Part shown: piece after piece, positions 37,201 through 47,797 of the stretch
How positions within the stretch are numbered: position 1 is the first letter of the stretch
Layout: every line of letters begins with the position of its first letter
From: Podarcis gaigeae
Lineage: Eukaryota
DNA length: 64,000 bases
Assembly (NCBI GenBank): GCA_964106915.2
Contig: OZ066914.1
Reading direction: 5' to 3' (one strand)
The notes under the pieces: model-generated
Database searches by the model: none
Told to the model about the DNA's origin: nothing
Seen by the model: the letters and a program-made list of their open reading frames with translations, nothing else
Translations under genes and position numbers: made by a program

Positions 37201-40200
37201 AGATGAGGAGCAGGACTTAAAGGTATGCGGGTTTATGGTTCTGCTGCGAAACCTAAGCAATATTACTTGAGGCAGTTCACACATTTCCAAATGTCTTCAA
37301 ATTGAGTTGGCTTTTTTCTCCTTTCTACTTTCTTTTCTTCAGTCAGTTGAAATTGCCACACAGGTATCAGTCCTTTTCATGGCATGATTAGGTGCTGCTA
37401 TACTGATTGGAGATACCTAAAGTATGCAATTGATTATTGACTGTCTGGAATCTGAGCACACAATGAATGTGTACACATGAAGTTTGTAGTTCAACTCAGT
37501 TTGAAACTGCCACCCTTCTTGTGGGTTATATTGGCCTTTAGATCCCTATCAGTACTTAACCTTGGCTAGGAGACTTCAAAGCTGTGTAGCTTTATTGTGC
37601 AGAGTAGTTTTGAAATTCTTCTAGGTTATTATTCTGTAGGGGTGCTTCTGATACTGCTTTTTAGTGACGTGTGTCAGGTATTAGTAGCAAATAATGTATT
37701 TCTTGATGGGAATTAGGAAGGTGTGGCACTTAAATGCAGTTGTTAATGTCTGTCAGAAATACTTAATTGGAAATAACATTCAGCCATTATGTTCTTTGTG
37801 TGTTCCCTATACCTATTATCCCTGTATTAAGTGTTGCTGTTTAGAAGATGTTGGCACTGGGAAATGGGACAGTCTCTTCTTGTGTGAGAATAAATTGAAA
37901 ATAGTTGCATTAGCCATATGGATTATCCATGTGTAACACTCGAGTTAAAAGTAGAGAAAATATTAGATAGCCTCAACGTATTCCTGCGAAATGGCTGCTA
38001 ATGCTGTGGGCAGAGCATACTTTCAGAATTTGGCACAATTTTTTGCCAATTGTAAGTTACTGGTCAGATCACACCTCTTTTTGTTAAAACAGATGGTGTC
38101 TTGTACACTTCAGCATTGCAATTGCCTTGTGCATTGTGACTAGCACAAAATTATTGACCCCTTGCTTGCTTTACTTCTGGCAGTTTCAGATTGGAGAGCT
38201 GGCCAACATGTTGATAAGCAAGCTGGAGTTCTTGGGCATCAGTAGACAATCCATCTCTAACTTCCACATGCTACTGTTGCAGACTGAGGTAACGAAAGTT
38301 TACCTTTTATTGAAAATTAACCATAGGGAGCCAAACAACTGGCAGCATTGCAGTGTGATAGGAATCTAGGAAGTTTTAAGTATTATGGCATGGATAACAG
38401 GCTTCCTCTCCCTCGTTCCTTCTCGCTCCCTCCCACTTGGCCCTCAAGCAGAATGCTTTAGTCCAGTAACGTATCTGAGGTTTTCTTGATCTATATGTAG
38501 TTCTCATCATGTTCTCTGTCATTAGTGCTGACTCTTGTATTAGTGCTACTAACATTGGGTGAGATTCATCTAACCAGTCTGATTTTTCCTTGTGCAACTG
38601 GGCTTCCCAGCCCTCTCCCTTGCATGCCCCCTGTGCCCTCCAAAATTGGCACAGGGGGGTCAGTAGAACCCACAGAACAGCATACATTGGGATAGGAGAG
38701 GAAGAGATGGTTCTGTCTGGCAAGCTGTCATGTGTGTGCAAACACAACAACTGACGTTGAATTCCACCCACTGTGTAGAACTGCAAAGTTAAGTGGAAAA
38801 TGATGTACATGAGACCAATTGTCTCTACAGGTTTTTCATTATTTTTCCTTGCCTGCTTGGTATAGACCCGTATTGCAGACTGGCGGGAAGGAGCTCTCCA
38901 AGGAAACTACCTCAAACGCAAATTGCAAGATGCAGCTGAACAGCTAAAACAGTATGAAATAAACGCCGCCCCTAAAGGCTGGTCCTGCCACTGGGACAGG
39001 TACGCACTCTTCTCCCCTTTTCACCTTTCACCTTTGACATCTCAGACATGATTTGTGACCATCACCACCTGCCGACGTGCCGTCATCTGTCTGGAGACTG
39101 AGAGCAGCTGCACTTAGCGGTGCTGAGCGGGCAGAGAGCCTCTGGCACATACAGAGTTTCAGCCAGCCACAAAAATTGGAGAAATATAAAGTCTGTGTTA
39201 AGTGTGTTGAAATGGATTTGATTCCGCGATTGGACAGAGCTGGTGTTTACTCTTGAGTGTAAATGCGCTAAGGAGGGCGGGCTTGGGGGGTCGCGCATGC
39301 GAGAGCTCTGTGCACATTGCAGGATCTCAGGAACTCCGCTCCCAAGTAACGCCTGTGTCCTTATGGAAAGCTCCCTCACTGAGGATCTCAACGAAGAACA
39401 AGATAACTGTCTCCTGCCAGCAGGTCAGACCAAACTATTTCTTCTTATATTTGCCTTTCTTGATTCTTTTTGTTTATTTGAAATCTTTGCTCTTTTGTTT
39501 TTCAGCTCCCAGATCCTCTCCCTCTCAGTAGCAATTCACTATGTCTGACACCAAGAGTATCATAAATGTGACTGCAGCAGTCCATGGGGGAGCAGCCATC
39601 TTTCATAAATTGGGCTGTTTCTCTTTTTGCTATTCTGGAAGGAAATGAATCCTGAGACTACCTAAAAAGTCTATTTCCTAATGCATCCTTGAACCTTTAA
39701 TTGCACACCAGCCACAAGCTGCTTCTATAACCCTCTACTTTTAGAGTGGAGGGTCAGGGCTGTGATCACAGAGCCAGCAGCGCAAACAGTTTGGAGTAAG
39801 CCCATCTTGCAAATCCTTCCTCAAAGCTGTTTGTTGCCTTTGTGAACAGCAGTCCTACTGTAAGAGGTTCTTCCTGTGAGAGCACTCCGCTGTCGCGGGA
39901 GAGGACTATATCATTGTGTCAGTGCAGGGGCGAGAGCATAAAACCTTGTTTTCTTTCTTGTGATTTAGGGATCATAGACGCTATTTCTATGTTAACGAAC
40001 AATCAGGCGAATCCCAATGGGAGTTCCCAGATGGGGAGGAGGAAGAGGAGGGGCAAATCGTAGAGAATAAAATGGAAGCTCTTCCTAAACAAGGACTAAA
40101 GGAGAAAATGGAGTCTGGTGCAGAATCGTCTGATAATACTACAGGTACTGGACCTTGAGGGTTTGCTAAAAGAAAGTTAACCCAGTTTGGAATAATGTTT

Positions 40201-43200
40201 TTAAGAAGGTAGGCTCCTTGTTATTACTTCTTGTAAGTATATTCAATGACCAAAGGCAGTTGCTCAGAAATCCTTTTTTGTATTGCAGTATTCAGCCAGG
40301 TGGAGATGAATTGAAATTAGTGCATTACTTGCAAAACAGTTTTCTGTACTAGGATGGGGAACCTGCTGGCCTCCAGGTGTTGAGTGCCCATCAGCCACAG
40401 CTAACAAGCCCTGTGGTCCTGTGTTAGGGCCTGTGGTCCTGTGTTTAGCAATATCCATAGTGCCACAATTTCCTCACTCTCATCTTTACCCACCTTTAGA
40501 GATATCACTGCCAATTGTTATGCATGTGGTTCATATAGCATACCCGCTATGCCATATTGACATGGGAAGTATAATTTCTTTCTGCTTGTATTGTTTTTCC
40601 AATTTGGTTTTTAAAATTGGGGGCTGGTTAGTGGGATCATTATAATACTTTCCCAATGAAGTTTTTCTTCTCTGAAAAGAAGCAGCATAACAGTGGAAGG
40701 AAAGTTGTAAGATGGGTGGATAGTTCTTGCAGGTATGGGGTAATTTAAAAAACCTACATGATGTTCTTTCATTTTTTTTCATTTTTAGGGTCTCTTCTTA
40801 AAGAGCCTCTTTCTAGTCAAAATGCAGCTACCTCTCTTGTGCCTCTCAGTCCATTTTGGACTGTGCTCCAGCCCTCTGTCCCTGTACTTCAGCCCCCTTT
40901 ACCTTTGGAAATGCCACCACCGCCACCACCCCCTCCAGAGTCACCCCCTCCCCCACCCCCACCGCCGCCCCCACCCCCACCAGGGGAAGATGGGGAAATA
41001 CAGGAAGTAGAGATGGAGGATGATGGAGATGAGGAACCACCAGCACCAGGAACAGAGGAAGATGCTGTACTGAAACCTCTTCTCCGACCAGCAGTTGCCA
41101 ACAGCCAAGTAAGTTAGTGCATATGGACCCTCTAGCCGTTCTATAAAAGCTAGTATCAGGCGTGGATTGACCTGTGAATGTGGCCACAGCTTTGACCTGT
41201 GAATCTTCTGCATTCTTGCATTTTATATTGTAAAACCGTCTTGCCCTCTTTGCCGCCTGTAGCATAAACTTTCTACTACAATCTTCTATAGCAGTCAGTA
41301 AATGAAAAGTAGTTTGTTTCTGCCATTCAAGTTTTGTGCCTTGTAAAACGTGTGTCAGAAAACGGATTTGTGTGACCCATATACAATATGGAAATACATG
41401 CTGTGATAGTGATGTTGCAAAGTGAGAAGCCAACAGAATGATTTCAGATAGAGTAAATGAATGTTGCTTTTTCACAAGAACTAAAATTGCCCATCAGATA
41501 ATCTGCAGTGATTTGATTTTTTAGTGTAAAAACTCCTACACATCCAAGACAATTTCCCTGAAACAACATGGAATTTTATAAGACATGCATGTTCCAAAAA
41601 TGTACAGAGACCATTTAAAAGAACCAAACTAATTGACATCTGTCTGCTTCCAGGCCAACTCTGAGGCCAACGTATCTGCACCTCTCTCCACTAAATCTCT
41701 TAAGAGAAAAGCTTCTGAAATCAGTGCTGGACTGGTGCAACGAGCAGCAACCATTGGAAGCTGTCCAGTGCTTTACGGGCAGTCAGTCATAGGTGTTGGT
41801 GAGTAACATCCACATCCTTCTGCTTAGCTGCTTGATATCCCTGGAAAAGTTTGGAAATAATTCTCATTTCCCCCACTTTGTGTATACAGGCCCTCAGACC
41901 CCAGGGGTGAGTTTGCAACAGAGTTTCCTTGGAGTAACGCAGCCGGCACTCATGAACTATTCTGAGTGTAGTGTGCCTGTTGGTCTTTCTGCCAGCACCA
42001 CACAGCCAGTTCCTACACAAGGAGCCGCTCCTGCCACTAGCACTACAGAACAGCTGTCGCCGCCTCCACCACCTCCTCCACTGTCCCCACCGCCACCCAA
42101 AACACTACCTCCAGAGAAGTCAAAGAAGCTTAGGAGAGCTGGCAAGGTGAGTACTTAAATTTGTACTTCCTGTCGTTGTACATGCCAGAAATTGGACAAG
42201 CTTCATATAGGTTGAAATGTGTATTATTTTACTCTGCTAGACTTTAGAACTGATACATCTTGTATGACAGTAGGTCCGGAATGAGCAACTTGGCAGCTTC
42301 AAAACTGGAAGCTGTTGGGATTTTAGAAACACATTACAGAAGGAGGTGCTCTTTTTAGGTCTTTGAGTCCACCAACTCCCCTGAGGCCTAATCACCTTAG
42401 AGATACCAAGCTGGTTCTGTTTGTTTTCTTGTTTGGGGGCCATTGTGGCTTTTGTGCTGGGATGTGTGCTCTGCTAGCCAGAACACTTTTTATGATCTAC
42501 TCTAATGTGAGATTAAGCAAAAAGAATGGGTAAAATCATTGTTTTCCTTCCTGTCTTGCCTACCTTATCCCTAATGAGAGTGAGAATGAAGAGTTCACGG
42601 AGGCCTAATTCTACTCATCAGGGTAACATGCTAAATATTTCCCCGCAGAGAAAAAAAACCAAGACGAAGATGCCCTCTCTTGTAAAGAAGTGGCAGAGCA
42701 TTCAGCGGGAACTGGATGAGGAAGAAAACTCCAGCTCAAGTGATGAGGATCGGGACGTGATCTCACAGAAGAGAATTGAGGAATGGAAACAGCAGCAGTT
42801 AATCAGGTATGAGAGAGACAGCAAGATACGGTCTGATAGCACCCCTCTCCTTGCATCGCCCAGTGTGATTTGCTTTAGGTAAATTAGTGCAGTGTGAACT
42901 GTCAGCCCATGGTTGCTGGTTTAAGTGACTTGTGCCACTGCAGGATTTAGGTTGGTCTAATTGTAGCTGTTCTTTTTTTAAAGGAAGATTGGAGAGTCTT
43001 GTCATGTTTTCAGGGGCATTGGAAAAAATTGAAGATGGGGAATGTAATACATGCAGAACAGAAGTGGATATGGGAGTTTCAGTAGACAAGCTTGTAGGCC
43101 TAATTTCCAGAAGTCACAGCACAACCTTGGGGGAAACCTTGTATGTGAGGCAGAAGAGAAAGAAATGTTATGTACTTGCAGCATTCGTTTAAAGAGTTAG

Positions 43201-43765
43201 TTTCCTCTTGCATATGAAGTGATTTATTAATTCTGTGACATTCCTTATATACAGAATGGATTTAATGTGCTATATCATACTATGTATTGATATAATAGTG
43301 AATGTGGGTGGTACGTAACACATCCCATCATTGCAAGGATTTATGTTTGCACAACAGAACTCCCCTCTTCCTCCCCCCCTGTGCGTGCTAAATCTGTTCT
43401 ATGGTTCACTTCACCCTCCAGAAAGATTTGGGGAGGACAGGAACAGGGGAGGAGAGTAGGAAACATTTCCATTGTACAAGCATAAATCTTTGCACTGGCA
43501 GGACACGCTAGTTGGATACATGCTTTGTAAGTAGGTATTGTGTAAACATGAAAGCAGGTTCTTTGGGGGATCGGTTGCCTTCACAAATGGGCACAGTCTG
43601 GAAAATATCAGAAATCTTGATTTCTTTAGTTCTCCCATTGCTGACTGACAATCCTAATGTTTTGTTCTTCACAGTGGTATGGCAGAGAGAAATGCAAATT
43701 TTGAGGCTTTGCCTGATGACTGGCGATCTCGACTCAAGAGGCGGAAAGCTACTTCAAGCACATGA
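27851..43765 (+). CDS. FNBP4: Formin-binding protein 4 (FBP30; two WW domains, proline-rich), complete, 17 exons, about 955 aa
   Basis: Exons 27851-27974, 31728-31820, 33286-33422, 33679-33862, 34192-34339, 34414-34543, 35138-35479, 36342-36540, 37098-37222, 38184-38288, 38866-38999, 39969-40144, 40789-41108, 41654-41798, 41890-42146, 42649-42806, 43675-43765 (TGA); total 2868 nt. N-term MGKKSRAAPAGRRPILQLSPPGPRG; GGLCLLGAYEDSD; WW1 GDWQEVWDENTGCYYYWNTQTNEVTWELP; WW2 PKGWSCHWD|RDHRRYFYVNEQSGESQWEFP; C-term KMPSLVKKWQ...AERNANFEALPDDWRSRLKRRK. Confidence 0.97.
30155..30398 (+). mobile_element. 5'-truncated Sauria SINE
   Basis: Same core and tail as 21720; TSD TAAGGGTATT (30145-30154, 30399-30408). 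Confidence 0.9.
31960..32576 (+). mobile_element. Solo LTR (probably Gypsy-type) in FNBP4 intron 2
   Basis: Ends TGTCA...TGACA with 5-bp TSD GATGC (31955-31959, 32577-32581); 617 bp, purine-rich. Confidence 0.85.
34824..34930 (+). mobile_element. Degenerate tRNA-derived SINE head
   Basis: ATAGCTCAGTGGAAGAGCAC A-box followed by a decayed B-box; no intact cloverleaf. Confidence 0.5.
39000..39968 (+). promoter_or_regulatory. FNBP4 intron 11: CpG-rich, structured putative splicing-regulatory (retention / poison-exon) element
   Basis: About 20 CpGs in 969 nt, no recognisable TE, several long helices, decoy acceptor at 39045, in-frame TGA at 39049-39051. Confidence 0.6.
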
Positions 43766-45001
43766 GTCAACTTTGTTGTTATTTTGTTTTTTAACCACAC
43801 ATGTACAGTTCAGAAACTTTTACTGTTGGATAAATGTAACTTTTTGAGGATACATATTTTTCAGTTGAACGACCTGACAGAGAAATTGCGTGGACTTGTG
43901 AATCCTTTTAGAGGTGTATTTGGCAAATAGGCTTATGAAATAATGAATAGGCTTGACCACTCCTGTCTTAAACTCCTCCTAATCCCAGTTCACACAAAGG
44001 TGGAATACCATTATGTCCAGTTCCTGGGTAGAGCTGGTACCAGAATTTATTAATGCACTTTGTGGAGTTGGAAATGGAACCTGCCGTTTTGACTCTTCCT
44101 TGCTAAGCCCAAAAGTGTTCTTCCACTTCCTGGAAATATTTCTACAAGATGATGACCATTTGCAATTGGGTGTTACAGAACATGCAAATTAAAGATGCAC
44201 ATTCTTTTCACAACAGACACAGTTCTGCATGATTTGAACCCCTTGTTCCATTCCTAATGTTTGCCAGCACCTTGGTTTTGGTAGCATTGCTCTTCTTGCT
44301 AGATTTCATAGAATCAGTTCTTGTTTCTGTCCTAGAACCTGTATCAGACTAGCTATTTTTCCTGTAATGTTACCCTAGAATATACTTTTGGTGCTGTAAC
44401 ATGCTAATAGTTTCATTGGTGTGGCTATAGTGAGGTGGGACAGAAAGCAATTTTCAGCCTCCTCCACTGAGCACTTGAGCACTGACTGGTGGGTTGTTCC
44501 TAATGCCTTCATTGGTGGGCAAAGAGAGGTAGGGGTAGCTGGCTCAGCACTTAAGTCAGCACGAGCCAGTTAGCAGCTGTGTGCCTGCACATTGCTGTAT
44601 CAGCTGCTCCTGTCTCTGAATGCTCACTGGTGAAAGCATGGGGTGGATATGTTCTCCCTTGCTCACTATCCAGCACTGTTCCCCATCTCAGTAGCTGCTG
44701 CTTGGTGGGTGTGTACTAGAAGCCATTAGCAGTGAGGAGAGGGAAAATTAGCATTTCTCTGTTACTCAGTTCTGAGCCCCACTTGTCAGGTTCCAGCAAA
44801 ATTAGGGTCTTTGTCTACATTTAAAGCCAGGCTGAATATTTATCCAACCTGTCAATGTATTGCGTCTTTTCCCTTGTTTACTTTTTAAAAAATGGAATCA
44901 AGTGGTATTGATTTTCTGTAAATGAAAGAAAAGGCAGTTTATGGTTGAACGCTGTTTGTATTTCTCCAGTTTCTGGCTTTGTAAATTTGTACATATACAT
45001 T

Positions 45002-45007
45002 AATAAA
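45002..45007 (+). terminator. FNBP4 polyadenylation signal AATAAA with adjacent Pumilio-like TGTACATA (44988-44995)
   Basis: AATAAA after a 1.24-kb 3' UTR; several TGTA motifs upstream and U-rich sequence downstream. Confidence 0.7.
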
Positions 45008-46289
45008 ATCACTTTTTATACTTCAGAACCTTCCTTATTTTTCTTTGACTCTATTGGCAGTATTAATTGTAAAGTTCAATGACTTATGCTTGGGAATGTG
45101 ATGTTTTATACCACAGAGGTAGTTGGGGAGTAGTTGATACCAAAAACATGCTACTGCTCTGCTCAGTAAAACCATAGAATTATAGAAATTATATTCCCTG
45201 CTTCCAATAATATTTTTGAAAGGGAGGGCAGTAGTAAACAGAAGCTATACAGAGGGATTTAAAGTTATCTGATGGAAGACTTTTTGGAGGCTTGTTTTGG
45301 TTACTTTTATCCTTAAATAGTGCCTCTCATCACTGACTGAAGAAAAAGAAATCTGATCTTATTGGTTTCCTAGAAAAACATGCTTCCTGAAAATCTAGCT
45401 AAACAATACTTAGTTTTTACATATGCCTAAACTTAGTATAGTCTAAACTTACAGACAGTCCTGTAAGGTAGATTAATGTTAACCCCATTTTTCAGATTGA
45501 GAGCTGAGGCTGAAAGAGAGTGGCTTGTCTAAGGTCCATCATTTCTAGAGCTTCCACTAGCTTTTGTTGGCAGGAAAGTAGGAACTGGAGGACAGTGGCA
45601 TACCAAGTAACTGACTCCCCATTCCCTGGATCCCATCTCTTCCTATTTTTCCACTTAAAACTGTAGTTATGATAGCATGGTGCTTAACTGTTGTGATTTT
45701 AATCACTTAAAGTATTTTCCTCTTTTAACGAAAAGCATAGTGTACAAGTATACAAAGAAATTGATTTAAAATTTCTACTACTATTGTCATCTAACAACTA
45801 ATTTCTTACAAGTTCATTTTTTAAAGGAAGGAAATAAACTTTTCCCTAGATGCTAACCCATAGGAAGAAAGAACTACCAAGGTTTTGTCAAAAAGTCCTA
45901 ACTTTTTCGTTCATGCTGTCCGAATGCTCTTTTCTGTAATACAGCAGTTCAAACCTGGATGATTCTGTCTCATGGGAAGGTAGTCTTTTTACAATTAGAA
46001 ATACAATCTAACCATAATTACTGCTCCTCACTTTAATCTACACTCTGCTGGAAGTTTCCATAATTGCAGGGTAATTACAAGTGAAATGTAAATAAACAGC
46101 ACTCAGAATAAAATTACAGTGTTTAAATATTTCCTGCATCTATTTTTAAATGATTCTCTGCAAATTTCCTTTTTATGTAGCTTAGTAATTGCCTTTATTT
46201 TGCTCAGTGCATGGGTGTATCCAAGTGTGGACAGGGAAGCAGTCCCTCCCCCCCCCCCCACAATCAGTAAAAAAACCAGCTTCTCTCCC

Positions 46290-46372
46290 GTGGGTGTTTT
46301 TGTTGAGATTCCTGCATTGCAGGGGGTTGAACTAGATGACCGTCTAGGTCCATTCCAAATCTGCAGTTCTAG
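46290..46372 (+). mobile_element. CR1 3' terminus fragment
   Basis: GAGATTCCTGCATTGCAGGGGGTTGAACTAGATGACC...GGTCCATTCCAA motif. Confidence 0.6.
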
Positions 46373-46899
46373 TGTTTCTATCCGGAGTGGAGTCTTCAAG
46401 GCAGTAGTATGGTGCCTTGTACACCTTGCAACCAAACATATTGATCTACTTTCCACTGGACTACAGCAGCGAAGTCTTGTCGTCTGGGCAGACCAGGACC
46501 TCCATACACACTGCCCAGGCTTCCTTCCCCCGGGGGGAAAGTCACTTCGGTGCTGCTAAGGCTTTGATTCTCTAACGGTATGACTTCATCCCCAGCAATG
46601 CACACCATTGCATTGGAGCCAGCTCCTAGGGGCTGAGGGTCCCTTCAGGCCCCGCAATAAAATATTTGAGGGGGCCAGCTCCCCCCACAAAAAAGTTGAT
46701 GGGCATTGCCATTCAAATGGTGTGTGTGTGCTATTGTGATTGATTATGTGGAGCGGGGCTTAACTATCCCCCCATATATTATTATAATTAAATAAATTAA
46801 ATTAAATTAATATACTGCTCTATATCCGGAGGTCTCAGGTATTCAAGTTGACACACCTGCTCCATTGTGTCTCGAGACAAACAGATGCCCCCCACCCTC

Positions 46900-47520
46900 C
46901 AAAATGGCCCCAGCCTACCCCGGACTGAGACATAAGACTGTGAAACGACAATGTTCGGACAGAAGCAAGAGGTCCCTCCCCACCTGCACGAAAAAAGCCC
47001 CAAACCCCACCAGGCGAGAAGCTATCCTAGTTCAAGCAATGGCTTGTACCGCTGCCACTCGCACTGACGGACCAATGAACGGCTAGTCCCACCCCCATCC
47101 TGTCTAGTTCTGGCGTGGCTGGTAACTAGGATACTCTGCCCCCCACTCCTCTGAGTAGTGGTAGCTAAGAGGGGAAGAAGGCGGCCGGGGCGGGGGGAGC
47201 GCTCCTGAGAGCACTGAGGGGCGGGCAGGGGGCGGGCACGAGAGTCACATATCTGGTCCTGCCACTCCCTGCCCCCCGTCCCGAGATTGGGCGAATGTTA
47301 TTGGCTCAGCCCGCGTGCGAGCGAGCGGCCTCCAGTCGACGGTTATGAAAAGCAGGCGCGCGCGCCGGTCCCGTGTGCGTCTGCGGGCGTTTTGTTGTGA
47401 GTGACCAAAGCAGTGTCGCCATAGAAGCCTTTCAGCTTCGTATGGGTCGGCGGAAAGGGTTGCCAGGCGCTTGAGGTAGAATAACTTTCTTTTGGCCTGA
47501 GTCAGAGGAAGCGCAGGTCA
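46900..47520 (+). promoter_or_regulatory. CpG island promoter and non-coding first exon of AGBL2 (GC boxes, CCAAT boxes, RFX X-box at 47122-47134)
   Basis: CpG cluster, GGGGCGGGG boxes, CCAAT/ATTGG motifs, GTAACTAGGATAC X-box; probable donor GAG|GTAGAA near 47475. Confidence 0.75.
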
Positions 47521-47797
47521 CCTTTTTAAAAGCCTGCTTTGAAGCCTCTTCTTCCGTATCTTTCATTTATCCATAATATCCCCGTCCCTTTGTCACAATT
47601 AACCTTCTCTCTCACACACACACAACGCCACACCGACTTCGCGGGGAATCTCATGGGTGGAGACTGGCAGAATAATCAGCCTTTGCTGTTCTTGCCAAGT
47701 GGAAGACGAGGCTACTTCATATAGGCTTTCTTTTCTTATTAACGCCTTTTCTCCGCTTCTCTGCAGGAGGCATCATCAGATAGTTGTGCTGAATGAC

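Noticed and set aside
39730-39907. H/ACA or C/D snoRNA interpretation of the FNBP4 intronic hairpins
   Set aside because: No ANANNA hinge between hairpins, no terminal ACA box, and no C/D box pair with a terminal stem.
40846-41475. 209-aa minus-strand ORF and Gly-rich antisense ORFs (40889-41101, 41957-42145)
   Set aside because: Antisense shadows of the proline-rich FNBP4 exons 13 and 15.
45690-46130. Possible decayed LINE fragment between FNBP4 and AGBL2
   Set aside because: No diagnostic motif, TSD or tail could be identified by eye.
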